The notes under the pieces were generated by a model. The model had not been told where the DNA came from and searched no databases. It saw nothing but the letters and a program-made list of their open reading frames with translations. 64,000 nucleotides of DNA from Felis catus (lineage: Eukaryota): NCBI RefSeq assembly GCF_018350175.1, contig NC_058368.1, positions 57,228,001-57,292,000 on the forward strand. The letters run 5' to 3'. How positions within the stretch are numbered: position 1 is the first letter of the stretch; every line of letters begins with the position of its first letter. Below are positions 48,067 to 62,202 of this stretch, in pieces. A program made the translations under genes and the position numbers.

Positions 48067-48839
48067 TCTATGGTTTCAAAGATGACCTTTGCACCAAAAC
48101 ATCCTGTTCATGACTGACCAAATACACACCTTCATCCAAACCTGCTTCTACACCTCACTCTCCATTGCCAGTTCACACTAGCATTATTCCAAACTCCATT
48201 ATATCAAATTCCAATGTTAGGATGAATTCATTAGTTTCTCTCCAAAGGTGTTTCTTTTTTGTTTACTAATTCTTTTGAAACTCTGTACTTGCTTTTCTCA
48301 CTTTCTCACAGTATTTAGAAATATTAAAGCTATTTTACTTCATTCACTTTTTCCCATTTCCCATATCCACACACTTGCTAAATTCTGTCAGTTCTCTTAC
48401 ATCACTACTTTTTGCAAAATTCTCTGCCTCTCTCTTGTAATGTTTCCTCTTGTTAATATCAGGTTTAATGTCAGATTTTTATCATCTGCTTTATCTGTTA
48501 CAGTATCTACCCAAATAATCACCAAGTTTCTGGATTCTAACCTATTTAATCTGTTCTCCACATTGCCATGTGAGTTATCTTCATACAAACAGGTTACATG
48601 CTGTCACTTTTCTTTTCAAAAACTTTCTGTGGTGACTCATTTATCTACAAAATACAGTTCAAATTCTTTAACATAGATCTCAATTGAGATCAAAGATCTC
48701 AATTACTTGACTGTAAATTTCCTTTCCATTTTCATCACTTGAAATCAAACTATCTGTCCCTTTTCATGACCTCATCACTTCCATCTTTTATTTCCGAAAC
48801 TCATGAGTTAATCACATCAATCTACTCACCATTTTTCAA

Positions 48840-48882
<43 letters not shown>

Positions 48883-49075
48883 AATCACCCATCCACTGTG
48901 CTCTTTTGCATTTGGACAGATATGACCTCAAACTTATTTATTTTAATGATAGAATACTACGCCAAATTCATCTTTGATTGACTTAAAAAAAAGAAATCAT
49001 GAATATCTGAACTTTTATGAGACTGATATACTACCTACTGCGCTAAGGAGGCAGGTGGATTTCAGAATTTTTAAA

Positions 49076-49291
49076 AAAAATATTTTTATGTTTACTTATT
49101 TTTGAGAGAGAGGGAGAGACAGAGCGTGAACAGGGGAGGGGCAGAGACAGAGGGAGACACAGAATCCAAAACAGGCTCCAGGCTCTGAGCTGTCAGCACA
49201 GAGCCAGACACGGGGCTAGAACTCACAAACTGTTAGACAATGACCTGAGCTGAAGTCAGATGCTCAGCCGACTGAGCCACCCAGGCGCCCC
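49076..49291 (-). mobile_element. Felid CanSINE
   Basis: 18-bp TSD gatttcagaatttttaaa (49058-49075 / 49293-49310). Confidence 0.95.
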
Positions 49292-49384
49292 AGATTTCAG
49301 AATTTTTAAAGCAAGAGTTTGGATCAACAATCCTGGGGATTTCTGTCTGTGGCCCTTCCCAATAATATTTTTTTCCATTTAAAT

Positions 49385-51050
49385 TTAAAATTTTTATTCA
49401 AGTAAACACCCCATATAGAAAGTGTACAAATCGTCACTATGGAGTTTGATGAATTTGTCCTTGTAAACACAACCGTGTAAACAAGAATCAGATAAAGAAA
49501 CAGAACACTGACAGCAACCTCCGAGACTACAGTGCACCAGAGATAACCTCCAACCTAATTTCTGCCACCATACGTATGTGTACATATGTTTTGCTCTATT
49601 GTATCTTGGATAAAAATAGAATTACACAGCATTGCTCTTTTGCGACTTAGTTAGCTCAACATTTTACTTATGAAACTCACCCATGTTGTTACATGTAATT
49701 AACATTCACTCTTAGTACTATATATTCATTCATTAAATATTCATTGAATGGATATGATATAGCATAATTATCCATTATAATATTGAGTAATATTTATTTT
49801 TTTCCCAAAATTTGGCTATTTTTAATAGTTCTGTCAAAATCTGACACCTATATTTAGTTAACTCTGGAACACATTTCTATTTGGTAGTACTAGGCACCAA
49901 ATTGTTGGGTAAAGGTTTTAGTATATTCCATTTTGGTAGGGTCTGCTAAATAGCTTGCCAAAGTGCTAATACAGTAGGTCCCCCTTATCTGTGGGGGACA
50001 CATTCCAAGATCCCCAGTGGATGCCTGAAACCATGTGAAGTACCAAACCCTCTATACCCTATGTTTTTTCCTATACACACCTATGATAAAGTTTAATTTA
50101 TAAATTAGGCACACTAAGAAATCGACAATAGTAACTAATAATGAAATAGAAAAATTATAATGATATATTATGTTAAATTATGTGAATTTAATTTATTTCT
50201 CTCTAAAGATATCTTATTGCACTGTTCTCACCCTTCTTGTGATGATGTGAGATGATCAAATGCCTACCTGGTGAGATGAAGTGAGGTGAATGATGACTGA
50301 CTACTGTTGACTTTCTGATGATATGTTAGGAGGAGGATCATCTGCTTGCTGTTCTTGACTGACCACAGGCAGCTGAAACTGTGGAATGTGACACTGCAGA
50401 TAGGGGAGTACTATATTTATCCCCCCACAAACAGCCTATAAGAGTTTGAGTTGCTCAAACATATCTACCAGTATTTAACATTTTTGTCTTTCTTATGCAT
50501 TCTATTGTGTACATAGCAGTATCAATTTTAGGATTTTAATTTTAGGTTTTTATTCCCCTGATGACTAAGAAAGTTGAGCACAATTTCTAGTGTTTATTGG
50601 CTGTTTAGATATCTTCTGTGGTGAAGTGCTTATTTAAGTTTAAGTCTTTTCCCCATTTTTCTCTTATCTTGGGTGAACTTTTCCTTATTTATTTAAGAGT
50701 TTTTCACATATTTAGAAGAGTTCCTTATATATTGTGAAATCTTCATCAGATTTATGTGCTGCAAATGTCTTCTCCCACAATATGGATTGCCTTTTTACCT
50801 TCTTATAGGTAATTGGATAAAAAAAGATGTTCTTACCACTAGTGTAGTAACATTTTTAATTTTTACTTTGATTACTAATTTTGTATCACTTTAAAAAATA
50901 TCTGCCTGTTCCATAATTATAAATATATTCTTATTTGCTACTTCTGGGAAATTTATTATGTTACTTGTCATATGTAACTATATAATTCATCTGAAATAGT
51001 TTTTTTGTCTATGGAGTGAGAGATCAAAATTCATGCTTAAAAACTGCATA
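49385..51050 (-). mobile_element. Old L1 (L1MD/ME-like) 3' region, interrupted by a MER44-like element
   Basis: Antisense L1 motifs: gaaagtgtacaaatc...tttgatgaatttg; ccctgatgactaagaaagttgagcac...tgtttattggc; gcaaatgtcttctccca. Confidence 0.7.
49972..50413. mobile_element. MER44-like (Tigger7-derived) DNA transposon
   Basis: TIRs cagtaggtcccccttatctg ... cagataggggagtacta with TA flanks. Internal atgataaagtttaatttataaattaggcaca motif. Confidence 0.8.
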
Positions 51051-51062
51051 GGAAGTTGACAA

Positions 51063-52012
51063 AGCCCATTTTAAAACTTGGGTTTTTTTATAATTTGGTT
51101 GCTGAATTTTATAAGTTCTTTATATATTTTGGATACTAATCCTTTATCAGATACGTCATTTGCAAATATTTTCGCCCATTCCATAGATTGCCTTTTGTTG
51201 ACATTTTGATTTTGTTGATTGTTTCCTTCACCATACAAAATCTTTTTATTTTATGAAGTCCCAATTGTTTATTTTTGGTTTTGTTTCCCTTGCCTCAGGA
51301 GACATATCTAGAAAAAAGTTGGTATGGTTGATGTAAAAAATCTGCCTGTGTTCTCTAGGATTTTTATGAATTCGTGTCTCACATTTTGGTCTTTAATCCA
51401 TTTTGAATTTATTTTTATGGATGGTCAGCAATTGCATTACTAAGTATTTACCCAAAGAATACAAAAACACTAATTCAAAAGGATACATGGCACCCCAATG
51501 TTTATGGCAGCATTATCTACAATAGCCAAATTATGGAAACAGCCCAAGTGTCCATCAACTGATGAATGAATAAAGAAGATGTGGCATACATATACAATGG
51601 AATATTACTCACACATTAAAAAGAGTGAAATCTTGCCATTAGTAACAATGTGGATAGAGCTAGAGGGTATTATGCTATGCAAAATAAGTCAGTTAGAGAA
51701 AGATAAAAACCATATGATTTCACTAGTATGTGGAATTTAAGTAATAACACAAATGAACACAGGGGAAGAAAAGAGAGAGAGGCAAATCAAGAAACAAGGC
51801 TCTTAACTATAGGGAACAAACTGATGGTTACCAGAGGGGAGGGGGGTGGGGCACATGGGTTAAATAGGTGATGGGGATTAAGGAATGCACCTGTGATGAG
51901 CACAGGGTATGGTATGGAAGTCTTGAATCATTATATTGTACACCTGAAATTAATATTACACTGTATGGTAACTAACTGGAATTTAAGTAAAACCTTTAAA
52001 AATTAAAAATGA
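51063..52012 (+). mobile_element. Carnivore L1 (L1_Carn-like) 3' end with 5' inversion
   Basis: 51063-51425 is antisense ORF2 sequence. 51426-52012 is sense 3' ORF2/UTR (cagcaattgcattacta ... gaacaaactgatggttaccagagggga ... aactaactggaatttaa plus A-rich end). Confidence 0.8.
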
Positions 52013-52370
52013 AAGTAAGAAATAGGATTTTTTTGCATCCTTAGATTTTTGTCAAGGAACATCATCCATATTATGATTTTATTTTACAGATTGCAGTCAC
52101 TTTTCTCTGATACCTACTATCTGCCATCAAACTATTTGACACTAAACAATGACAATTTAAGATATTTTATAGGTAACTATTGAAAGAATTTGCCACTGGA
52201 AATAAAACCACATGCATCTACTTCATTTCATAACAATTACTTATAAATAGCTCAGTATTCATAGACCAACCCTGATCCTACTCAAATCCTTCATGTTTCT
52301 AGATGTACTTTTTTATGGGCAACTAAATTTCCCATAAAAGTTAATTTAATCCTTGTAAGGAAACATCTGA

Positions 52371-52580
52371 GTGATGCCTGGATGGCTCAGTCAGTTAAGT
52401 GTCCCACTTTGGCTCAGGCAATGATCTTGCGGTTCATGGGTTTGAGCCCTGCATCCGGCTCTGTGCTGACAGCTCAGAGCCTGGAGCCTGCTTACGATTG
52501 TGTCTACCTCTCTCTCTGCCCCTCCCCTGCTCACACCCTGTCTCTCTCTTTCTCTCAAAAATAAATAAATATTAAAAAAA
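52371..52580 (+). mobile_element. Felid CanSINE
   Basis: atgcctggatggctcagtcagttaagtgtcc head. TSD aaacatctga (52361-70 / 52585-94). Confidence 0.9.
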
Positions 52581-52594
52581 AAGTAAACATCTGA

Positions 52595-54318
52595 ACAAAC
52601 TGAAAATTAATGACTTTTCTTAGACCCATCAGAGAATTGAGATTTGAGGGCTAACCATACTCCCAAATCTGTTAAGGCATGTGAATAAAGAGGAGCACAA
52701 TCAAGATCTGTTTACTTATGGCAAAAACTGCTGGAGTCAATACTGTTACAAACTCTTAAATGATAATTGTGGCAAATTGCTGGAGGTTGATTGTGGACTA
52801 ATGTGAGAGTCAGAAAGTCCTGAAGGCCTTAATCTTAGTGGGGACCAGATATTTTTGTACATATTACCTCTGGGAAAACTCCTACCATGTTCTCAGGGTA
52901 AAGAGCCAAGAAAAAACTGACTCCTGGATCTGGAAGGAGAAAGAGAAAGTAGCTATTTTGAAATATGCTCAAATCCTTCTCCTGAGGAGAAAAAGGTAAA
53001 CAGAATTTCATCACACTAGAGAAAAAGACATTTAGTCAACTCCAGGATGCTCTGGCTTTCCTGTAACACTTAGTGATGACAAAAAGAAAGCTAAGAAACA
53101 TTGCAAAGTTTATAGCCACGGAACATAGGACCACTAAAATACTGAGAATTAATCATCACATTATAGAATGCATCTTTCCTGCTCCTATACACACCCATCA
53201 GCATATCAGCAAGACTCCAGTCAAATTAACAGTACAGTATAGGTGAGTAATGTGTAAGGCATAGCATCTATTGTCTTCAATAGGACACTAGATTAACTTG
53301 AAGCACCTGCCATCAAAGTCGTAGCACACTTTATGAACAGCTCAACTTTCAGCCAGAAAACATAAAGCTTCACACCAAAGTTCTCTTACCTTAGTTCCTA
53401 TCACCTGATATATTATGTCTGAATTTCATCAAAAATTATAAAGTATATTGGGGCACCTGGATGAATATCTGTTAAGTATCTGACTTTCGCTCAGGTCATG
53501 ATCTCATGGTTCATGGGTTCAAGCCTCATGTTGGGCTTTGTGCTGACAGCTCAGAGTCTGGAGCCTGTTTTGGATTCTGTGTCTCCCTCTCTCTCTGCCC
53601 CTCCCCCGCTCATGCTCTGTCTTAAAAATGAATAAACGTTAAAAACATTTTTTTAATTAGAAAAATTATAAGGTATATTAAAAGGCAAGAGAAACACAAA
53701 CTGAAGAGACAAAGTAAGCATCAAAACTACACACAGATATGACATAGATTTTGTAATTACCAGACAAAGGATTTAAAATAACTGCATCAAGGCTTCAATG
53801 GAAACATTGACAACATGTAAGAACAGATGGGAAATTTAAGCAAAGTGATGAAAACAACCAAAATTCAGAAGGAAATGGTAGAAATAAAACAAAAAACAAC
53901 TATAACATAAATGAATAATGCTTTTAATGGGCTTATCCTCACACTGGATATAACCCATGACAGAATCAGTAAGCTTGAAGATATGTCAATGGAAACTCAT
54001 AAAACAGAAATACAAAAATACAAAAGAAAAATAATGAAAGAAAAATCAGAAAAGAACACCCAAGAACTGTGAGACAATTAAAAAGTCATATTCATAACTG
54101 GAAGACAAGAAGAGAAGAAAAGGAGAACTGAACAACAGAAATATTTGAAATAACAATGGCTGAGAATTTTTGAAAATTAATAACATACACCAAAACACAG
54201 ATCCAGAAAACTTAGAGACTACTAAGTAGTGTAAATATAAAAAAACTATACCTAGGCATATCTTATCTAGACTTTGTAAAGAAAAAAGGACAAACAAAAT
54301 CTTGAAAGAAGTCAGACA
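52595..54318 (+). mobile_element. Old L1 5'UTR/ORF1 remnant
   Basis: ORF1-like A-rich decayed coding sequence (gacaacatgtaagaacagatgggaaattt...cagaatcagtaagcttgaagatatgtcaat...gaaatatttgaaataacaatggctgagaatttt...acctaggcatatc). Split by a SINE. Confidence 0.75.
53450..53660 (+). mobile_element. Felid CanSINE nested in L1
   Basis: 19-bp TSD with one mismatch, aaaaattataa(a/g)gtatatt (53431-53449 / 53661-53679). Confidence 0.92.
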
Positions 54319-55665
54319 TTAAGAATGTGACTTTTTATAGCATAGGGGATAAAATTTTGACAAGTAAAGATAAACTAGAGGGAAATTATAGAAAAACTTC
54401 ACCTAAAATGTTGAATATCGAGTATAAATTTAGCATTTTTATATGCAAATTATGATCTTTTACAATCAAGTTTAAGAGATACATAGATATACATTTTAAT
54501 AAGAATACTACAACATATTTCTAGAGTACTGCAGTAGACTTTTTAAAAATTGTGTCTTATTTGAGTGACTGTATTATAATATGAGAGAGATCATCAAAGT
54601 TGTAACACACAGTTAAATGTCCAAATTCTACCATTCTGAAGGGGTTCAATGAGTTCTGGCCTGCAAGTAAATCATAATAGAAAGGTGATCAGCCCTCACC
54701 TGCAAGGGAAAGCCACCAAATGATGGAGGTCATAGAAAACAGGGTTCATTCTGTTCTTACACGCCATTCTCAGGGGAATTCATATTTGTCCTTTCCGAGA
54801 ACAGTACAGAGCTGTTTATAGGATTAAAAGCTTGTCACATGATGAAAGAATATCTCAAAAGTGAAATCAATACTCAGTATCCTAGAAATCCTAGACAACC
54901 CTTCCATTATACTGCTTGAACATTAATCACCAATTCCATACCTTGGGTATACAAATTCATAAAACCAGTAGTTACATATTTGAGCAAATGTAAAAGTACA
55001 CTGAGTCTGTTTAAATTTAGTTAAATGTTATTAAGAATACCAGATGTGAAATTCTAAATGCCTTATTTTAAAATTAAAAAGCTTTATTATAATTTGATCA
55101 ATCAAGGACCTTGCACTTCTCAGGAATACTAGTAATTCTTTTACTTTGTTTTGTGTTAATCAGAAAGGCAGGGCTCATTTGCTGAGAAAAGTCAAAGACA
55201 TAAGTTCTTTTTTAAAGGGTTACTGTCTGAAGCTTTCCTACAAAAGAAAAAAAAAACCAAGAGCTTCAGATCTTATTTTCAAGGAGTCTTAATACGTTAA
55301 TTATAGTCATTAAGGATGATATAACTTAGAATCTCACACTTTGTCAAAGCTGAAAGCTAGTGAAGCAAAGATCTATCATTTACTGATTTGGCCTTAAAAC
55401 ATTCTACATTTAAACATAACATTTTATACACAATTGTAAAAATGTCTTTATTATAGATAGCTAATAAGTTATTTTTTTTCTCAAAATAAAAAACAAATGA
55501 CTTTTTTTAGCCTTAATATAGCTTTTTTTTGTTAGCTTTTAAGAAATCTCAGTACAGTAAAAGTTCTAATTATAAAATTTTTACAGAAGAGTTACAACTG
55601 ACATCAATTATGTCTTTAATTTGGGAACTTTAGCAGCAAACACTGTCAAGATACTCTCAATTCTG

Positions 55666-55771
55666 TTTCCTTCTTCTCCTTCCTCCCTCTCGCCCCTCCT
55701 CCTCCCCTTCTTCCCCTTCCTCCTCTCCCCCTTCTCCTTCTCTCCTCCTCCTAACTCCTTCTCCTCTTTCT
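55666..55771. repeat. (CCT/CTT)n polypyrimidine low-complexity tract
   Basis: Direct reading of the sequence. Confidence 0.85.
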
Positions 55772-56818
55772 GCTTATCATTTTCTCATTAGCATGAAGTT
55801 ATTTAGATTCGGGCTAAAGGAAAGTAAATAAAGATGATGAGTGCAATCTCCATGGTTGGTCATTAAATACTCTGCAGGATAATCCACATTCTCTTCCTTT
55901 ATTTGACCTGCCAGATCCAGTGGAAGATTCTGAAGAGGATCATAGTGGATGATGGAGCTATAACATGGAAAACATTAGGATCTTTTGAGTCATTGCTTAG
56001 TGGAGCACTCTCCAGGGAGACATCTGACTACAGTAGATCTTGTGTGAATAACTTCTTTCTGATCAATTAGTTAATTGATGTGCTAGGGGCAGAACAACAT
56101 AGGCTTTATTCTGCCCCCAGCCATGTAGTCATGTGCAAGTCACATAATTTGGGGCTTTAGTTTCATTATTTAGAGAGATTGGGATAACAAAGCCTTATGT
56201 GGCCAAAGGAGGCTGCACTAGTTTAACTCCTCATAGCCTGTCTACTAGTCCCAAGATCTGAGATTCTAAATTTTGTTGTTTATATTGACAATTTTTAAAA
56301 AAAGGATTGTTTAAAGTCCACTATAAACTCAACACATTATGAGAGTTAAAGAATTACATGTTTTTTCTACTATTAAAGTACTGAACCATGAAATAAATTA
56401 ATATAAAATGAAAAAGTAGAAAACATTAAAATATTTAATGTGTGCATAGAGCATTAACTTTGGTGTAATTTTAAAGATTATAATTTTCTTTGTGGGTATA
56501 ACAATAAGAGAAGATGCAGATGTGGAAGTTCATGTGAGTTATGACTGGTAGGATGGATGGGTGTAGGTCATGGGCATAGAAAGGGAAATCACATTAGCAA
56601 AGAAATGCAGTGACCATAGCACATTCAGATTTCAGGAGTCACTGTTTTCTAATAATTTCTGTTCTTTGTTTTCCTACATGGGATGAGAGCTAAACTATAA
56701 AGAACAATTTAGTCCTCTTAATTTTAACAGATGAAAACTAAAAGCAGGTATTGACAATTATATTATTTTAGTTCTATATTTTTGTATATAAGGTTGGACA
56801 GCTAAACTATCTCTTCTT

Positions 56819-57146
56819 CAGGCATTGGTAGACCATGTCCCTAATCCCTCTCATCACCTATTATTGTATGGCCTGCAAGCAGAGAATGTCCTTTATATTT
56901 TCAAATGATTGGACAAAAATAAAAAGAGAAAAATATTTCATGACATGTGAAACTCATCTGAAAATCAAGTGTCAGTATCCAATAAATGAAATTTTATTGG
57001 AAACAACCACATTCATTTGTTTTTGCATTTTTGCGGTTGCTTTCATGCAACAACATAATTGAGTAGTTGCTATAGAGATCATATGGCCTGCAACGCCAAA
57101 AAAATTTACTACCTGGCCTTTTGCAGAACAAGTTTGCCAAGTCTTG
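56819..57146 (-). mobile_element. MER58B-like hAT DNA transposon
   Basis: caggcattggtagac ... aaattttattggaaacaaccacattcatttg ... atatggcctgcaacgccaaaaaaatttactacctggccttttgcagaacaagtttgccaagtcttg. Confidence 0.8.
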
Positions 57147-60109
57147 TTTTATTTTCTTCCTGTAACACTGTGTTAATTTGTAAATGATGATGGATAATAT
57201 AAAAAATTATCCGCAATGACACCCATAGATAACAGCAAACTTTAACAAATCAGTGTTGTTCACTTTTTATGTAGTCTCCTGGAAAGAACTTAATCTTTGA
57301 AATCAGTCAAACCTTTAATCAGTTAAATCATCAGTTTAAACCTCGGATCCTTCATTTACTACCTCCTTGATTGTATACAAGTCAATTAACTTGTGTGACT
57401 TCCTTTTCTTTTACCAAAATATTATAATTCCTCACAAAGTTGTTATAAGGAATAAATAATATGATATATACATATATACATATACATTATGCATGTATAA
57501 TGTAATAATACATTAATACAATAATATAATAGTACACTAATATATTATTACATTATGTACTATTTAATAATAATATATATAATGTCATGTATATATGTAT
57601 ACATGTATGTGTATATATGTATAATTATATGTATAATGTCACTGTTAATATTTTTATTATTTGGCTATAAGAGAATAAATATGCATTTTAATATGAAATT
57701 TGAAACATTGTTTTTGGTTTTATTTAATCTACTACTTTGAATATTGAGAGGCTTTATGTAATTTAGATAGATTACTTTTCCTTATCATGGATTAAAATCA
57801 GAATATTGTACACAATTTTCTTAAGAAAATTATCTACAACCTATAATACATATCAAATATAGTTGTTGGAAAAGGTGTTCTAATCCTAGATTATTTCAGA
57901 AGCACAGCACATACAAGATTTATCTGGATTATATCTGGCAGAATTGACTTAGGAAATCAAGCTAAGGATCTGTTCTTGCATTATTACTTGCCATTAGCAT
58001 TATACCACACTGGTGAAATTTATTTGAATATTCTAGGTGCTTTTTTAGTATGAATTTATGCAGTTTTTATTTTAGCTTTTCACAATAACTTAATCACATT
58101 TAAGTTGTAAGAATTTTTTATCTACTAATATTTCATAGAAATGCGTTAAATACATTAAATATATATAGTTATATATACATAACTATATATAGTCGCTTGC
58201 ATATTGAGACGGTGCATAATTAGTCAACGGATACTCCAAGTTGAATTACAGTTTAAAACCATCATACACTACTAAAACCATGAATACCAGAAATGGTGTT
58301 TCTGTTTCTACTCAACTATTAGCATCCATCCTAAATTTAGTCAATTTACTTATTTACTTTAGGCATTTACTTATAATTAATCCACACCAGAAAGAAAGGG
58401 TTTGAATCTACAGTGGCTGATAATACTAATTAAATTTCTACTCATATCTTTAGCTTGTTATTCATCTTACAATACTGGGTAAGGATTATTAGTAACAATG
58501 AGAAGTATTTAAAGTGGATATTGGTCAAGAAAGATAGAATGAAAGCTTAAAATAAAGTAGTTGTGTTGAGGCTACAGAAGAAAGATTGGTAGTGAGAGAT
58601 AAAAGGTAAAATGGTAGAATTTCATTAAATAATTAAGTACAGGTGGTAACTCAAAGAGTTAAGTATGATCCCCTAGCAGTATGACTTGAGTGTGATCAAA
58701 CAGATGGTTTGTCACCAATAAAGGTGGAGGAAAACAAAAGTTAAGAAAGTGTTGGAAGTTCCAGAGATGCAAGGGGAAATGTCTCTATGCAGCATCCTAA
58801 TGGAAATACTCTGAAGGTAACAGGATAAACAAGTTTGGAAGCCTGGGTAGTTTAAGATTGACATCCAGATTTCAGACATTAGCATATAGGACAAAGGCCT
58901 AAGAGCATTAACACATCAGATGGAAAGGTCTAAGAAGAAAATTTGGAACTAGAAGAATATTTTGCCATCTGAAAAAATGATAGAACTATTTCATACTCCA
59001 AATTGCTCTATGGATCCAAACAGCCTATACGAGTAATAATTTAGCTTCCTTGCATGGCAATGAATACAGTTCATACTCTGGCATTTGGGGTATTAGGCAC
59101 ATAGCCGGCTGCAGACATTTTTGAAATATATAGACTAGTAATGTGGAATACATATGATCTCTTGATCTGGTCATGTGTTCTTAACACTGCTCTGATTTGA
59201 ACATACTATTTCTTCTGCATGGAATCAAATTCCTCTAATTGCGAACCTGACAAATATCTGTTCAGCCCTAAAATTTCAATTCAAAGTCTTTTCAGTGAAG
59301 ACCTCCCTAACTTTAAAGGAAGATATAGTTCTTTTTTCATCAGGGCCTCCACTGAGTTTTCTACCATTTCCCATTATTAGAATTTTTTATAACATTTCAG
59401 TTGACATTTATGTAACTATTCCACATTGAGACTAATCTTCTTGAGGGCAGTGTACTTGAAAAATATCAAAGTGACAATAATCAGTGGGATTGGAAAGATT
59501 ATTCCTTAAGGAGGAGAAGTAAATGTCATATAAAGGGTTGGTCAGTGACAAGGCTGCTAGGATTTTGATTCCTGGGTTGTCAGTGTCTGTTATGGTCATT
59601 GAGGTTGTTCCTGAAGAAGGGTGTGAATGCAGGTCTCCAAAGGCTCTGGGCCAAGTCTTGTCAGGCAATGTTACTAAAGGACTCATTCATGAGGATATTG
59701 AAGTTACCCCCAGGTACTGGAATTATTTAAGGGTCAGAGCCATGCAGAGATTGAGTGCCTGTAGCTTGCCTCAGTGATTGCTAAAGTGTGATGTGGAAGT
59801 TAGCAGAGGTGGAAGGGTTAGGTTCTCTTTTCATATTGTTGTACCCACCCACCCCAACCCTCCCACTGCACTTTACAAACTTCCTCCTGTTTTTCAGCTG
59901 CTGCTTCTGGAAATGGTACAATCGAGCCAGCTATGTCCACCAAAGGATATAAAGTGTGGGTTCAGAAACAATTCTTGCATGAAAGCAGAAAAGCTGGGAT
60001 TTCACTTCTGCTTCCAGAAGTATCTTCCTAATTAGGTAAATCTGGTAACATTGCTTCTATCTTTAACATTTTTATTGGTCTTTTGTTGCCTAAAGATAAA
60101 GCTCATACT

Positions 60110-60555
60110 CACAGTGCTTCCCAGTCCATCCCAAGTCCAGTCTTATCCTTCTGCATCCAACCTCTCATCCTCCCCCAAGCACAATGTGCCCTGCTACATG
60201 CCATCTCGTCATTTCTCACCCTTTTCTTTCATATTCCCCTCAGTGACTGCTGCCTTCTTTCCCTGGAAAAGGCTCTCTCTCCCCAGACCCACATGATAAA
60301 CTCCTCAGATTCACAAGTCAGTTCAAATACTTCTTCCTCACTGAATCTTTCTGTGAATACCTTTGCTCAGTGTTTTCATAGTACTTGGTTTATACCTCTA
60401 CTCTCCATATTTTATTTACAGTAATTTGTTCACACCTGCCTCTCATTTTATTGTGGGCTCTCTGAGAGAGGGTGTCATATTTTATTCAGCTTTGTCTCTT
60501 CAACATTAAGCATAGAACCTGGCACACAGTTCATGTCAATAAATACTGGCTGATT
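60110..60555 (+). mobile_element. L2 3' fragment
   Basis: ctggaaaaggctctctctccccaga ... catagaacctggcacacagttcatgtcaataaatactggctgatt. Confidence 0.6.
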
Positions 60556-62202
60556 GTACAAAAGGGAAATTGTACTGTTTCTCGTAAAATGATGAAGTTT
60601 TAATGTAAGCGCTCTGCTTGGCCAAATATGCATTTATAAAAGCAGAGTTGTTATACTTGTACATTTCTTATTTTATGCCCTTTTGACTTTTCTAACATAG
60701 CTTTTTCTTCTTGTTATTCATTGTCAGTTATCATTTTTATCATATGGGCAGCAATTGCTTTGAAGGAAAAGAATGTGGTATATAAACTCACATGCATGGA
60801 CATACAGAAATTCACATAACATATGTTAGTAATCATTTAGTAATTTCGTCCCTGCTCTTTTCAGAATTTCTGCATGTCTAAAACTTAATCATTTAGACTA
60901 CAAAACTTACATCCTCTAAAAAGCTGGAAGGGAGAGAGAGACAATCCTCCCTTTCTTAACTTTATAAAGAAATCTTTTCATTCATAAAAAAACTAGCAAG
61001 GTTTATTTTAAGTCATTTTTGTATGAATGTGTTATTATCATATTTATGTTATTTTATCTTACCTTGCCTCTAATATAAACATCTGGTCAGATTGTTATGT
61101 ATGTAATTATTAACATTCATTGCACTATAAGGAAATTATTGCATATCAAAAGGGTATGCTGCATAAGGAAATCTAAATTTAAAAATGCTTTCAGTTGCCT
61201 GGGCTTGTAGCACAAAAACATACTTTGCATGAATAAAATATTCTGAAATTTTAAAAGACCATACTTTTCTGATTTTGTTTTCATTCAAAACAATTTTTCT
61301 TGTACTTTTAGTAGAAACTATAATCTGCAACTACAAAACACATTTTCCTGTTTACATTTTAAAGCCAACAAAAAATTATTCAAACAGGCATCAAAATTGG
61401 GACAATATGAAAAGAGTTTAGAAATACAGCTTCTAAATTTTAATTTTAGCTCTTTACTTACAAAGTACATGATCTTGAACAATTTTATTAGCTTCTGGAA
61501 GTGTCCCATATTTATTTATAAAACTGGGCTTACTTGTATTGCTTTCATTACAGGGTTGTTTCATAGAAGGGTTATGCCATTATAGGTAAGGCAAACAATG
61601 AAATGAGTAAATTGGGACTCTTGAAATACAGTAGGAAAGAATGAGGATTGTAACAGGTCTTATTCTTAAAAACTTAAACTTTACATTTTTACTTAAATTT
61701 TACTTATTGTCATTGTTGTTACTACTACAGTGTTCATTATCTCTAGATTTATAGTAACCCAATACTATATAGCAGTGAATCTTATTGCATCAATTGTGTT
61801 GTGCTATACTCTATTTTGGCTTATTCTGATTATCAGTCAAGTTAAATAAGGGTATTTTGGATGAACAATTCAAAGAATGTTAATATTATCCATACTGCAA
61901 AACATATACAAAGAAATAAAATTATTTCAATGACTATTTTAAAACAAATATTTAGAAAAGTAAAAGAACAGATTCAAATATAATATTACAATATACATTA
62001 GAAGTTCTAAAATGAAATTTAAATTTCACCTTATGCAAAGTTGAAATTAGTTAAGAACATAAGTGTTTTTGATTTGTTACTTAAACAAATTGTTAGTATT
62101 TACAGAAACCTTTTATTTGTTTAAAATAAAAATATATTTCAACAATTTTCCATCTGCATCTATGAAGAGGAAAATATGAATAAGGTTTTGGGTCATGTGA
62201 GT

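Noticed and set aside
48248..48676. 142-aa hydrophobic ORF
   Set aside because: GTG start in T-rich, probably L2-derived sequence, with no homology signal.
54600..54850. Possible ancient LTR-like segment (also 55780-56060 and 59470-59860)
   Set aside because: Only vague resemblance; no ends or TSD could be identified.
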